In this document: in pieces, positions 1 through 14,684 of the stretch
How positions within the stretch are numbered: the first letter of the stretch is position 1
Layout of the letters: every line of letters begins with the position of its first letter
Assembly (NCBI GenBank): GCA_964016885.1
Contig: OZ024740.1
Coordinates: forward strand, 48,856,001-48,920,000
Direction: 5' to 3'
DNA: 64,000 nucleotides
DNA from: Eledone cirrhosa
Taxonomy: Eukaryota
Made by a program: the position numbers and the translations under genes
Notes under the pieces: generated by a model
Database searches by the model: none
Seen by the model: the letters and a program-made list of their open reading frames with translations, nothing else
Told to the model about the DNA's origin: nothing

Positions 1-290
1 AATTCTGCTTACAGGTAGAATTTTGCCTACAGGTGAAATTCTGCTTACAGGTAGAATTTTGCCTACAGGTGGAATTTTACCTACAGATGAAATTTTGCCT
101 ACAGATGAAATTTTGCTTACAGAGGAAATTTTGCTTACAGAGGAAATTTTGCCTTCAGGTGAAATTTTGCCTACAGGTGAAATTTTGCCTAGAGATGAAA
201 TTTTGCCTAGAGATGAAATTTTGCTTACAGTGTAAATTTTGCCTACAGTGGAAATTTTGCCTACAGTGGAAATTTTGTCTGCAGTTAAAA
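1..290. repeat. 18-bp minisatellite (consensus ~GAAATTTTGCCTACAGGT), truncated by window start
   Basis: Tandem units visible directly; explains the repetitive ORFs 23..235 and 33..311. Confidence 0.9.
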
Positions 291-434
291 TATTCTCCAT
301 ACTTTGATTAAATTAACGTCTGTTCATTGTTGTTATGTATAAAAGGAAACAGAAATTAAGAAGTAATGTATGAGGTTTATTTATAAGTATCCTTATCTTG
401 TTTATCCTGAAATACTTTTTGATTTTACTTCTAG

Positions 435-545
435 GTGGCTTAATCCATTACTTTCTCTTGGATACAAAAAGACACTAGAGCAAGAAGACTTATTTAATGT
501 TCTCAATGATGATAGTTCAGATATTTTAAGAGAAAGACTTACACG
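435..545 (+). CDS. ABCC4: ABCC4/MRP4-like exon (equivalent to vertebrate exon 2), lasso region
   Basis: ttctag|G TGG CTT AAT CCA...ACA CG|gtgag; 111 bp; WLNPLLSLGYKKTLEQEDLFNVLNDDSSDILRERL resembles MRP4 [20 protein letters not shown]. Confidence 0.93.
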
Positions 546-1552
546 GTGAGTAATATGTTTTTGTTTTTACTAAATAGGCTACAGCATGGATGATGTAGAC
601 ATATTTGTCTACAGTTAGTATGGCCATGACACTCTAACCTTCATAAGTTCAAGTAGCCTAATACAACCAGAGCTGTAGACAATATAAATTTCTCTCCATC
701 CATTCTCTTACATAACCAGAACAACTATTTGATCCATGGTTGATTTCTAACACTGGCACAAGGCTTCAAATTTAGGAGATGGATATAGTTGATTAGAATG
801 GCTCCTGTTATCAACTTGTATTCATTTTAATTTTTTTAACTCTGCTGGAAGGATGTAAAGCATAGTCGATCATGGTGAGATTTGAACTCAGAGTGCAGAG
901 ATACACAACTAAATGGACGTAAAAATGATGCTTGTAATGATGTAGATTGGGATGTATAATATTTACATTTGGGCAGGGCCAGATTGAGCCCTTTTGAGAC
1001 CCTAAGCACTTAAAATATTATGATGTGCCCCCTCCCCTCCTTTATAAACTTTGCCCCCCCCCCCCCCCCCAATTTTTTTTTTAATAACAAATACATTTAA
1101 TTTGAATAAAATGGTATCTCTCTTCCCTTTATACTCTGCTTATTTTGTTTAATGGTTAATCCAGCCCAGCATTTGGGTCTCACCTGACCATTACGTTTAT
1201 ATCAAGTCACCATATAGTGTTCTCTCCCTCTCTTTGATACTCTCTAATCTATCACCCATTCCCACTCAGTGTGCCTTCTCATTATCACTCTCTGGTTTTG
1301 ATTATGTCAAGAGTCGCCAACACATTTGATCTGTTTACATTTAGTTTCCATCTTCTCATCACTTTTTATTCCTCCCATTACTCCCAACTATATATAAATA
1401 AATATAACTACATTCTTTCTAAACAAAAACAGAAATGAAGAGTTATGTAACTGTATTATATAACTGAATAAAGAAGTCACATTGTCTAAAGTACATATGT
1501 ATTTTATATGCTCCTATTTTATTGGTAAGATCTGAAAGGCAGGAAGTTATTT

Positions 1553-1694
1553 CTTTAAATTTTCAGAGTGATTTCTAATTTAGGTACAAGGCCAGCAATT
1601 TTGGAGAAGTGGAAAGTTAATTATACTTAACTTTCCACTTCTCCAAAATTGCTGGCCTTGTACCTAAATTAGAAATCACTCTGAAAATTTAAAG
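1553..1694. repeat. Perfect inverted repeat, 68-bp arms with 6-nt loop
   Basis: 1553-1620 is the reverse complement of 1627-1694; loop ttatac. Confidence 0.93.
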
Positions 1695-2937
1695 CCGAAA
1701 AGAAGTAGTCACGGTTCTAGGACAGCATTCTTCACCATATGAGATGTCATCTGGTGTACCACAGGGATCTGTTCTTGGTCCCCTTTTGTTTGTTGCATAT
1801 ATTAATGACATAGATGCCAACTTACAGAATGCCACAGTACTGAAATATGCAGATGACATCACGCTGTACCTTGAAATCAAAAGGACTGATCCTGAAATCT
1901 ACAACTCTTTCCTACAATCAGACCTGGACACAATGCAGCAATGGATCACAGACTGGCAACTGAAGCTGGCTGTGGACAAGTGTACCACCATGCATTTTGG
2001 GAGGAAAAATCCAGCATCCACATACTCCCTCCACAACACTGATATCAAGAAGTCCTCTTGTGAACGTGACCTGGGCATTACTGTCAGCAGCGATTTGTGT
2101 TGGACAAAGCATGTCTCTAAGATTGTCAAGAAGGCCGAGGGTGTCTTGGCATCACTCAGCAAGACCTTTGTTAGCCGCTCTCCAGCAATCTATTTAAAAC
2201 TGTATACAGCTATGATACGACCACATTTGGAATTCGCATCATCAGTCTGGAACCCCTATCTTGCTCAGAACATTGACCTCCTGGAAACTGTTCAGAGACG
2301 TGCAACCAAGCACATACCCTCCATCAGACACCTACCATACTCTGAACGCCTTGCTTCTCTGGGCATGGATTCATTGAAGCTCCGACGTCTGGCAATGGAC
2401 TTGGTAAATACCCACAAAGTTATTAACCATCTCGCCAATTGCAACCTTTTTGATCTCCATGTCTCTAACACACGTGGACATGCCTACAAAATCAGAAAAC
2501 AGCACAGCTCCCATGACTTTCGTAGACATTTTTTCACGCTCAGAGTTGCTGAAGCATAGAACAAACTGCCTGCATCAGTTTTTAGTTGCCGAGACACTGC
2601 ATCCTTTAAGACACTCATGCTTCCCGAAATACGCCAAAACTACACCTGATGTACCCCTTCCATACACATGCACACATGTGTGTATCATGACTCATGCACT
2701 GTTCATTTTCCTGATGTTTGTGCATTGCCCTATGTACTGTACATGCACTTTTTGATGAGTTGTGGTACACCTGGGCACTGTACACAATATTTCATTATTA
2801 TTATTATTATTATTATTATATCATGACTCATACACTGTTCATTTTCCTGACATTTGTACATTATTCTATGTACTATACATGCACCTTTGATGAGTTGTAG
2901 TGCACCTGAGCACTGTACACACTAATTTCATTATTAT
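1695..2937 (+). mobile_element. 5'-truncated CR1/L2-type LINE (RT C-terminal half, duplicated 3' end, (ATT)n tail)
   Basis: ORF 1744..2559 has SGVPQGSVLGPLLF, YADD, ERDLGI, RPHLEFASSVWNP and VQRRATK motifs; tail segment repeated at ~2685-2818 and ~2819-2937. Confidence 0.9.
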
Positions 2938-3453
2938 ATAAATGAATATTTAGAGATCATTATTGTGCCTGAGATCAACCTGGATTTAGTAGACCTATAA
3001 TTAAAGGTATTCCAGCCATGTGTATCCCATTCCAATGTGTCCTTTCTCTTTTAAGCTGGTAGGGTGTGACTTGACAGAGATTTGGCTGCCATATCTAGCA
3101 GGTTGAGTTAAAATGTAGAAGCTTCTTATAATAGAGTTAAAAGTTTGTCGTACTGAGGAGATTCATTTTCTATGTTTAACATGTAATTTGAAGCATTAAT
3201 ATTTGAGGATAGTGTGGTTTATATGTGGTTTATTTGAAATATCTATAACATGCAGGTGTCATATACATGTAACTCATGCGTTTTTGCAAATATTCATTCA
3301 ACAACAGATACAATCACTTCACAAATCAACACAATACAGAATACTACACACATTCTACTCATAGACAATGCATAAATAAAATGTTCACAATCCCCACAAA
3401 TGATATGCCACAGAATCTCTGATTTTTTATGAACCCCATATTTCTATATTTCA

Positions 3454-3558
3454 GTGAAGGCGCGTGGCTAAGTGGTTAGAGAATAGGATTTGCAATTGTG
3501 AGGTGATTTCGAATTTCAGACCGGGCGATGCTTTATGTCCTTGAGCAAGGCACTTTAT
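3454..3558 (+). mobile_element. tRNA-derived SINE 5' fragment
   Basis: gtgaaggcgcgtggctaagtggttag A-box head and tccttgagcaaggcactttat core shared with other SINE copies in the window. Confidence 0.7.
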
Positions 3559-4072
3559 TGTAGACATTTTTATTAAGTAATGTTCTAAATATCACCTTAC
3601 TAATGAAAAATTTATTTTATCAAATTCTTCCAAATATTTGATTATTTTAAAAATTAATTGAAAATCATAGGTTGTGTCTTTTATTAGAATTATAGTAACG
3701 CAAGTGTTAAATGTTGCTCATATTCCTTTTTATTCATATTTTTGTTTGTGTTATTCTGGTTCAGATATTGTTGGTCAATAGTCTGCTACAGTTGGATTTG
3801 GTTGTTTTGTTATTTATATAGTTTATTTAGGACAATTCCAAACAGTTCTGTCACATAATAGTCTTCAGCATCTAGGATGGTAAAATGGGTAGAATACTGT
3901 ATTGTATAATTATGTTCCAAGGTGAACTTTATCTTTAATTCTTCCAATGTCAATAAAATAACTACTATTGAAGTACTGGGGCTAATTTTATCAACTACCC
4001 TTCTTACCAAAAATATGCAATTTTGTACATGTGTTAAAAATTGAATCCATCATTGTCATCATTAACTTTAAA

Positions 4073-4682
4073 TCATCATCATTATTGTTTTTATGTTCAT
4101 TTTTCCACACTTGCATGGGTTGGATGGGGCTCAGTACAGCATCTCTCCACTCACCGGATTCCTTTTTCATCTCCTCTGTGAGTCTCAGTGATTTAAGGTC
4201 AGCTCTCACCACCTCTGCCTAGGTCTTTCTTGGTCTACCTCCACTGTTACTTCCTTCCATTAGCATTTCTTGGCACTTCTTCACCCAGCTATCATCGTCC
4301 ATGTGCATTACATGTCTGTACCAATGCAGTCTTCTCTCCTGCACACCACCTCGCATTCCTCTTAAACCCAGCTTCTCCCTCAGCTCGCCCAAGCTCTGCT
4401 TTTCACTCACACGTCATTGCACATCCAATGAAGCATGGTTGCTTTATTTCACTCCAGTCTACGCATGTCGTCTGCAGTCACTGCCCATGTTTCACTACCA
4501 TGAAGTATCGCACTTTGCATGCAGGTGTCATACAGTTGTCTTTTTGTATGTAGGGAGAAACCTTTTTTGTGGTCAACAGTGGGAGTAGATCTCTAAACTT
4601 TTTCCATCCTATCCTTATTCTAGCTATTGTGCTCTCAGACCCCCCCCCCCCTCCACTGCTAATTAAATCACCTAGATAGGAA
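4073..4682 (-). mobile_element. RTE-type LINE 3' fragment
   Basis: Minus-strand ORF ELREKLGLRG...RRLHWYRHVMHM...GRPRKT; (GAT)n-like tail. Confidence 0.8.
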
Positions 4683-4836
4683 TATTTTTTGTATTAGGGG
4701 TGAAATACTTGTACATAAGTATCTGTGGTGAGGAAAATAATGAAATCTTAATATTATTTAATTTTACAAATTCATAGGTATGCAAATGCAACTTGTCTTA
4801 AATTATTAGTTTGGTCTGAAGTCTTAAGCTGTTATA

Positions 4837-4881
<45 letters not shown>

Positions 4882-5796
4882 AGAGAGAGAGAGAGAGAGA
4901 GAGAGATCTTTATAGAACGTTATCAGCAAGTAATTTCAGCAATTTTAAATTTAAATGCAGATGAAAGGTTACCACTTTTTATAACTATATCACTGGGGAA
5001 TTGGAAGCAGTGACAAATTGTCAGTGAAGTAAATAAATTTGTTCTGTTGATGTAAGAATAATATGGCATATGGAATGTTCTGCTATATTGTATATGTAAC
5101 TTAACACTTTATTTAAAAAACAGTGTTGAGTTAATAAATATGATAAAATACAATATATTGCAACATATAATGATTGGTAGGCTAAAGGTTAAATGATTTA
5201 ATCATTGTGTTGAACTTTGGTGTCTGTTAAATGAAAAAAAAACCAACAAAAAAACAACTAGTTAAATATCTAATAATCATCGTAATATGTCAACGTTTGA
5301 GATTGATTAAAACGAAACCTGATAGAAAATTAAGTACCTATCTTGGTTTTAGTTTGATAATTATGAATCAGTATGAGTAGTACCTCTTTCTCTTTAGTTA
5401 GTATGCAGTATTCTCACTATGCCTCAATTTAGTGATTCATTTTATTCCAAGATGGAAGGAGCTGTGCTCAGAACCTTTGCAGACCCTCCCAAACAAATGA
5501 GATCAGTGCAATAGTTGTTCAAGTTACATGTCTGCAATGTGATACCTCTTATAAAGGCCCCCATTGGTCACTAATGACCATGGTTTTGTACTTAGAAAGT
5601 TTCTCTCCAAGGCACAAGCCTGGGCAAAGTTTGTTTGTGGAAGACCAGCAGTTGTCCATGCATACCAGTCTACTCTCTCCATACCACCGATGTTGTCCCT
5701 GGGAAAGGCAATGACCGATACAGCTTGGCACGAGTGATGTCGCAACTCATTTCTACAGCTGAATGAACTGGAGCAACGTGAAATAAAGTGTCTTGC

Positions 5797-8700
5797 CGTA
5801 CCAACGTAGTCTTCTCTCGAGTAAACAACATCTGATCCCTCTTATTCCTAATTTCTCCCTTAGTTCGTTTATGCTTTGCTGTTCACGTATATTACTATTA
5901 CACATCCAGCGGAGCATGCAAGCTTCGTTCCTCTCCAGTCTGCGTATATCCTCTGCACACAATGCCCATGTCTCACTGCCATGCAACATTGCTGTTCGTA
6001 TGCAGGCATCATACAGCCTGCCTTTCATTTTTAGAGAGAATCCTTTAGCGGCCAATAGTGGTATAAGCTCTCTGAACTTTTTCCATCCCGTTCTGACTCT
6101 AGCTACTGTACTTTCAGAGCACCCTCCCCCACTGCTGATTTTGTCACCCAGGTAACGGAAGGTGTCCACTATTTCTATAGAACCATCTGTGTAATGGAAT
6201 GAGTTAGTATTCTGTGGGCACTTGCTGCTACTTATTGCACCAGAGCACCGGCTACATATAAAATCTATATTCTTAATTAGCTTACCTGTGATCCCACTAC
6301 ATCTTTTATGTACCCATACTTTGTATTTGGGACATAAAATGGAGTTTCTGCCTACTCCTTTCCTACACACTGAGCATGGCTATTTCCCAGATGTGACCGG
6401 TTCCCTATTTTCCTTCCTACAAACTAGAACTTTAGTCTTAGACAAGTTAACTTTAAGGTCTTTTGATTCTAGGCCATGCTTCCATGTTTGGAATTTCTTC
6501 TCTAGTTCAGCCATTGATTCAGCTATGAGCGTTAGATCATCTGCATATAGGAGTTCCCATGGGCAGCCGGTCTTGAACTCCTCTGTTATAGCCTGAAGGG
6601 CAATAATAAATAGTAGGGGGCTAAGAACGGAGCCCTGATGAACACCAAGTTTTACGCTAAACTCTTCACTATATTCGTTGTTAATTCTAACCTTGCTGAC
6701 TGTTTATTTATACATGGCTTGTATAGCTCTCTCAAGCCATTCATCAACACTTAGTTTTCTAAAAGCCCACCAGATAATGGAGCGGGGGACTCTGTCAAAG
6801 GCTTTCTCCAAGTCAACAAAAGCTAAGTATAGGGGTTTACTTTTAGCTAGGTACTTCTCCTGTAGTTGTCGTACAATGAAAAGAGCCTCTGTGGTACTTT
6901 TACCTGACACAAACCCGAACTGCATTTCATCTAGGTCAATTTGTTCTCTGATTAGTTGTGCTATTACTTTTTCTGTGACCTTCATGACCTGGTCGATTAA
7001 TTTAATGCCTCTATAGTTACCCCTATCTAGGGCATCTCCTTTACCCTTGTAGCAGTTAATGATGATGCTGCTATGCCAGTCCTTCGGAACGGCCCCATTC
7101 TGTATGACTTGGTTTACTATCCGGGTGACCATAGTGTGTCCCACCGTTCCAGATGCTTTCAGCATTTCAGCAACTATTTCCGAAGGCCCAACCGCCTTAC
7201 CCGTCTTCATATCTTTGATTGCCTTACTTATTATACTACCTTCAACTAGCACTGCTGGTCCCTCTATTGGATCGATTTGGGGCAGACCATCTTTTTCCCA
7301 TTTATTCTCCTCATTTAGTAGCCTTTCGTAGTGACACTTCGAAGCTACCTTCTTATCAGCATCAGTGATGGCAAGTACACCATCATCATTACGGACACAC
7401 TTCTCCCCGACAATATCACGGTTTTCCTTGACACATTGCCTAGCAATCCTGAACACCTCACATTTTTGGTCCTCGCGTTGTAGAACATGCTTGAACTTTC
7501 TTTCCTCTGCTTCCCTTCTTGCGAAGTACACTTGTCTCCTAGCTTCCCTCTTAGCCACTTGATAGTCTTCTCTACTTCCCCCATCCCGCCATACTTTCCA
7601 AGCCTGCTTTTTGGCCTTAATTGACTCTTCCACCTACTGTTCCACCACCACGTTACTCTCCTCCTGCCTATAGGCCTGCTCCAGCCACAGACTTCATCTG
7701 CCGCCATCAGCAGGTTTGCTTTCAGGAATTCCCACTGTTCCTCTATATTGTATGACTCTAATTGCTCTTCCTTACTGTCGAAAGCATCAAGTAATATGTT
7801 TTAAAATTTATTACTGGCTGTGGGGTCCTTTAGCTTCCATATTTTTCTCCTGGGGATAGTCCTCCTCTGTTGTCGAGTACGTCTTGTCCTGACTATGAGG
7901 TCGCTGACAATGAGTCTATGTTGGGAGGTGCATTCTTCATGGGGGAGGGATTTAGTGTTTAGAACAGACACTCTATCACGTCTTCTGGTAAGGATATAAT
8001 CTATCTGACTGGCGTGTTCCCCTGATCTATAGGTGATCAAGTGATTGTCTCGTTTTTTTGAAGTTAGTGTTACAGATAGTTAGGTTATTTGCGTACAGAA
8101 TTCCAGGATTCTGGAGCCTTCCTCATTTCTAGTACCAAACCCATAGCCTCCATGGATTCCGTCATAGCCTTCACAATGTTGTCCAACGTGACCATTTAGG
8201 TCGCCAGCAATAATTATGTAGTCACTGTCGGTTATTTGGGAGGTAGTGAGCATCAATGTCTCATAGAATCTGTCTTTTATAGCGCCAGGCAGTCCGGATT
8301 GGGGTGCATACGCAGATATTACTGTCACAGTAGATCTATTTAGGACAAGTCTTATTTTAATTATTCTGTCGTTCACTCTATTTACGCCTATTATCTTATC
8401 TACCCATTTTTCTGCTAACATGATTCCTACCCCACCCAGCCCATTGTCATTTCCCACCCAGAAAAGCTTATAGCAGCATTTTTTTACCCACAATGAATCT
8501 AGCAGACCCACCCCTCCACCTGGTCTCTTGGGTACAGCAAACATCAACCTCCTTGCGTTCAAGCATTTCTACAACCTCATTAGAGTGACCTTTTAAGGTG
8601 CCTACATTCATGGTACCAACTCTGAAGTTTTGGATTGCATTTGGTGGGTGGGAACGGTGGGGCGCGGGGAGGGGTGAGGGGGGGGGGGGTTATGTTGGCC

Positions 8701-8890
8701 ATCCGCGGCTGAAACAAAGAGGGGGAGTCCTTTACCTTTTCGTCCGGCAGCATGAGGTGAATTTGTCTTTATCTTTGGCATTGTCACTGAGTGTCCAGAT
8801 TTTTCAGACTCTCCAGAATTCCTTAGTCCATCCATCATCGAAAAGCAACCAGAAGTGATAGCATAGGCCGCTGACTTATGATTGGGCCTA
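5797..8890 (-). mobile_element. Degenerate RTE LINE (APE endonuclease + RT + Cys-rich insert), 3' end lost
   Basis: ORF pieces 8080..8562, 7801..8040, 6704..7633 and 5753..6370 nearly match the 1001-aa ORF at 47607; broken by frameshifts and stops; 5' boundary approximate. Confidence 0.92.
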
Positions 8891-9632
8891 ATAATAATGG
8901 TGGAGAGTGGGGGTGGGTGGGAGGGGTATGGGGTAGTTAGAGAGAAGGTTTAAATAAAATCTTTGAATTTGGGCATAATTGGACAAGCATATACAGTAAT
9001 AAGCGAATAATGGGATTTTAAAATACAAGAAGATTATTTAGAACAACCAGACAGAATTATAGAATAGCATTGAAAGAGAGCAAAAGATTGGATTCTGGGC
9101 GATGATACGGATATATGAATGAATAGACTGAGAGGCTGGAGAGACAAGAAAAAAATGGCATTTTACATTACATTTCGCAGGAGGGCGAGCAGGTCTGACC
9201 ATTAATAAGCGTTGACAAATTCTGAGATTCGTACCTCGTAACAGGTTTATTTATATTTGGTGAGAGAAGGGAGTGATTGAAAGGGTGAACCAGCAGGCGT
9301 GTATACGATATGGGGGGGGGGGGGGTGTAAAGATTAAGAGGGACAAGGAGGCCATTTTATAAATCCTAGAATTTTCAGCCAAAATTAAACAAACGAGATT
9401 GTTATTTTAGAAAAACAAATGGGGCATTTTACGAGAGGGTTTAAATAAAATTTTCAAATTTTGGGCATAATTGGACAAGCATATAACAGTAGTACTTTAA
9501 TTTATGCAAAAGTTGTCTTGGGTTCTCTTATGATTTATTATATATCAGGTGTTAACCATTAGAAAGCAATTGTAATGAAAAATGAAAATGATAAATCTTA
9601 CATTTAATATATGGCTAACATTTTTTGCTTAA

Positions 9633-9848
9633 CCCTTTAGCGTTTAAACTGGTTGTATTTGGCCAGAATTCTTGCACCTCTTTCTGTTCAAACCAGCCAT
9701 AACTTGCCACTCATACTGATATTAAGGTATTGTTTTCAAAATAGATAATATTAAAATCTCCTAGATTCGATATTATGAGAGATATTATGTGAGATAAAGC
9801 CTTCATTGCGAAAATACAATAGTATAGAGTAATGTAAATTCTAAAGGG
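9633..9848. mobile_element. piggyBac-type MITE (family A)
   Basis: TTAA|CCCTTTAG...CTAAAGGG|TTAA termini; homologous copies at 18527 and 21813. Confidence 0.82.
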
Positions 9849-9869
9849 TTAATGCATCAGTTTATCCTC

Positions 9870-10173
9870 ATTCGATGTAAAGTTATGTTGGTACCACAAC
9901 ATCCAGTCCTAAATAAATGAGGTCGTGTAGGTGTCATGACCAAAAAATACACAGTCCACGCTGTAATGTGGCTGTGTAGGTAACACAGTAAAAACCTCCC
10001 AGTCCACACTGTAAACGTGGTTGGTGTTAGGAAGGGCATCCAGCCATAGAAAACCTGCCAGACAGTCCTATACGAGCAAGACAACCAATCTTGCCTCAAG
10101 TGCGAAAATTCCCGTCCAAACCCATGCTAGCGTGGAAGATGGACGTTAAACGATGATGATGATGATGATGATG
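9870..10173 (+). mobile_element. RTE LINE 3' UTR fragment with (GAT)n tail
   Basis: Matches 50845-51241; ends ggacgttaaacgatgatgat. Confidence 0.85.
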
Positions 10174-13100
10174 TCCAATTATATCAAAATGACAGTAGAT
10201 GTTTAAATTTCCTACTTAACCTATAGTTTAAAACAAGGTAAATTACTATTATTTCAAGGTAAGATTATTTTGTGTTCAATACTGATACTTCAAATTGAGT
10301 AATAATGACACCAATATAACATATAGTAAATTTAAATTCAAGTTTGTATAGAAAAACAAAACATAAAGACATATCTTTTCAAGGTTGTGCAGAAAATTAT
10401 TTCAAACATAAGAATAATTGTACATACAGTTTGGTTATAGGCCAATACTGTCAATATGATTTGAATTACAGACATCTAGAAAATATTGTTGTGCAGATGT
10501 TGAAGAAACTGATGGTTCTATTATAGTAAAAATGATATTTGTAATTGGTACCAAACATATATCTTCACATATTTGCCATGAAAAAAAGAATTGATTGGGT
10601 ATGGAGGGTGCATGAATTTAATAAATAAATTTTTGTGATCATTAACAACTTCAAACAGCATTCCCATCCATTTTTGTGTATCATAAAGGCTTGAAAAAAG
10701 ACATCCTGTAATTTTATTTTGGGTACATAACTGGTTACCAAATTAAACTGCTGAGCATAACATATATCCTTGGAAACTCTTTTACTAGCAATGTATGTGG
10801 ACAACAGTGGAATAAATTGGTAAAAAATTTGAGTACCTGGAAGAGTTTGTGCTTTAGATAACCATTTCTCTAAAGTTAATTTTGCATGATGTCTTTGTTT
10901 ACGAACATGAAGCTAATGCCACTTAAATTTTGTTGGTAAAGTCTGGCATAGCCAATATACTTTTTTGTTCCCTCAAAGTAATTAGTGACCTTGATTTGGA
11001 GATTAATGTCAATATTTGAAGCTTTTGTCAGTGTGTTGAAGTGATGGGGTTTTTCTTCATTTCACAAACTAAGTGATGAAGATCATCAGCTTTTATTTTT
11101 AACTCACTGTTTACGTTATTTTCTTTCATAGTTTAAGATTTTCTGGATCTAGCTTCATCATTATATCATTGTAGCAACTTTCTTAGTTACTGCTTCCTCT
11201 ACTTGTTCAATTTTTCATTTCCCACAATTACTAACTTCTGTAATAACTAGATGTAGCTTATTAAATGTTTTTAAATCATCATGCAATGATGCTTATGATC
11301 ATAAATGCAACTATTAGCAAAATAAAGCCGAACTCTAATAATTAAAAGCAAAATATTGAAATATCTCTTCTAAACCTATCTTGAGTTTCATTGATATGCT
11401 GAGATTACATCTATGTAAACCTGATATGCAATATAGAGATTTCATGGGAAAGCAATACAAAATTTTTATGTACCATAACTCTTGAAGGAATTGAGAACTC
11501 AAGCTAATTTTTATATGAAATTAGCACACCTAAATATTTTCTATCTTATGTAAAAAAAATTACAATGCAAGTTGGCCACTTTGAGACAAAGCTCAATTTG
11601 GATGACATGGTTTGGTAAACTTGAAATTTGAATGCTGTATATTCATCCAAGAAAAAAAAAACTCATGACATTACTCCTAGCATATTCTCTTTGGATTTCT
11701 CATCTGAAAATTAGGTAAGATACCAATTTTCATAGTGAAGTGAAATTACCTTGAAATTCATAAATGCAAGAAAATTCAAAATGACCGCTTGGCATGTCAA
11801 GTCGACTATTCTTACTGAAATTTCAAGAACCACTTATCATTTAGGCCTAATATATGACTAGATTTGTTATTTAGTAATCCTAATAAAGTTTATTGATTTT
11901 CGAGGAGGTTGGTGTTGGATAAAGAAATATTGCACACATTGACATGATTTCTAACATACTCACAATGCCTCATATTTTAGTGGGATGAGACATTTGATTA
12001 AACAACCCCAACAATTTTTTCATTATCATCCTAATCATCTCCATCGTCATCATTTAACGTCAATATTCCTTGCTAGCACGGGTCAGTCTCTTACCAGACA
12101 TACAATCCAGGACTCTATTGAGTGCATTTTATTGTGACACCAACACTAGAGAAGCTGTCATGTCTCTGACAAAGCTGAAGAGCATTTCCAACCCTTTATT
12201 TGGCAAGTCTTCTATGGCTGAATGTCCTTCCTATCTCCAACTACTTTACAGAGTGTACTGAGTGATTATTTATTGTGTAGATCAGTGGTCGCCAACATGG
12301 GTTCCGTAAAACAAACTCCGGGTTCCTTAAAAAAATAAATATTTACATTACCATTAATATTTTGGGTTTTCTGAAAAAGGTGCAAAGAAAATGCCAAAGG
12401 TGCAAAGAAAATGCCAAAGGTGCAATGTATAAATGAACAAGTACTATTGTAGTGTACACAGGTTCTCCACTCCAATTCGTGGAAAACACTACTTTCAGTT
12501 TCTCACTTGAATTAGCAGAAAAACACTGTTCTGAGATTCGTGGAAATTGAATACTTTCAATTTCACATCAATTCTTGGAAAGACATAGTTTTCTGAATTC
12601 CAAGAATTTGACTACTACTGATAATACACTAATTGAACTTAGAAATTGACCAATCACGAACAAGTAAATGTTGGTCAATGACAGCATAACTTTAAACTGA
12701 AAACTTCAGTTCAGCGAGGTCTCTCAGCCAAGAGACAGGGTCAGTTCGCTGTTCTCACAACGTAAGTTCAGTAGAATGTTTTCAATAGAGAACACGTTTT
12801 AATCTGCTGCCCTCACAAAAGCTTTAAAGTCGTCTAAAGTTTCCTCACTAAGTGAACTCGCTTACTAGTCGTTTTCAACATGCATCCAGTTCCACAGACA
12901 ATTCTAAATAAGAACACGTTACATTCTGTTGTACTTTGCACAGAAAATATAACGCCTGTAAAGTTTTGACTACTAACAAAGGTAATTTTGTATTCCATGC
13001 ATACACTATAAACTTTGCCACACAATTATGTATTCATTTGATGAAATATATTTACATTACCAATAATATTTAATACGACCCTAAAGTAGTATATGCAGGA

Positions 13101-14684
13101 AGTGCTAGACTCTGAAAAATTTTCTTCTAGTTGTTCATAAATTTGCACCTTTTTCAGTAACCCCTAATATTTTAATATTATTATAAGACTTTAAATAATA
13201 TGTTTGCCATCCTAAAATGGAAAAATTTCAATTTTTAAAAATTAAAATTTTTTTTTAACTAGTTAAGTTTTTCCAAATATCTAAAATTAAAGTTAATTTA
13301 AGTACTTTTTGTAATTAAAAAAACTGTTAATTTCTCTTGTTTATTAATGTCATATTAAAAATGTTAACTGTAGATAAATAATATTGATATGATGTCTACT
13401 GCAAAGAAGCTGAAGTTAGATACCAGCAGTAAGGTTAGACAGTTGTGTGATGATTATGTTAGATATGGATTTCAAAAAGCTGACACTAAAAAAGATACAC
13501 CAGATCAGCCCATGTGTTTGCTATGTTCAAAAGTTCTATCAAATAGCTGTTTAAATCCTGCAAAACTTAAAAGACACATTGATACTAATCACACCAATGA
13601 TAAAAACAAGTCACTGGAATACTTTACTTCGCTGAAAAACAACAAAAAAATCACAAGCTAATATGTATGACTTGTTTTGTAAAAAGTCAGATAGAAATAA
13701 AGCTTTAACAAGAACATCTTTTGAGATTTCACATTTGATTGGTAAAAACAAGAAACCATTTACATTAAGAGAACAGTTAATTCTGCCAAGTATAAAAATT
13801 GCTACAGAGAATCTTTTTGAAAGCTGCAGTATTAAGGACAAAGAAAAATTAAGCCAGTTACCATTGTCAGCAAATACCGTAAAAAGAGGGATAATTGATA
13901 TTTCTTCTGATATAGAAAATCAGATACTAACTGCACTAAAGAAAAGCCCATGTTTTGGACTGCAAGTGGACGAAACTACGGATATTAATAACAAGGCTCA
14001 ATTAATTTGCTATGTACGGTTTGTAGACCTTGATAAAAAAGAATTAGTAGAAGAGTATTTGTTTTGTCTGGCATTAGACATCACAACTAAAGGTCAAGAT
14101 ATATTCAATAAAATGGAAGAGTATTTTTTAAAAAATGGTGTATCTTGGAGCAAGTTGACTTCAATAACAACAGATGGAGCAGCTGCAATGACTGGTAAAA
14201 ATTCTGGTTTGATTGCAAAAATTAAAGAACAGACCCCAAATTGTATTTCAAATCATTGTATGATTCATCGAGAGGTTTTGTGTTAAAAAAATTCAAAGAC
14301 AGAGATGTTCAAATATTAAATGACCAGCTGAAAGACATTGTCAAAATTATCAATTTGATCCATGCAAGAGCAAAAAATTCTAGAATGTTTGAATCTATTT
14401 GTGAATCTTCTGGAAGTAATTATAATAGATTGTTATTGAACAATGATGTGCGTTGCCTGTCTTTTGGGGATGCTATGAAGAGAGTTTTTGAACTGAGAGA
14501 AGAAATAATAGTTTTTCTAAAAAAACAGAATGATGAAAGAGCAAGTGTATTAGAAACCAATGAATGGAATGTTCAACTCGCTTATTTAGTAGACATTTTT
14601 GGTGAACTGAAGAAATTAAATAAGTGTCTTCAGGGTAACAATGCAGATATTTTTACTTCAATCAATTTTATTACATATTTTCAA

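Noticed and set aside
10500-11800. Possible decayed DNA-transposon coding relic on the minus strand (FIKFMHPPYP-like segment)
   Set aside because: Too degraded to assign a family or boundaries by eye
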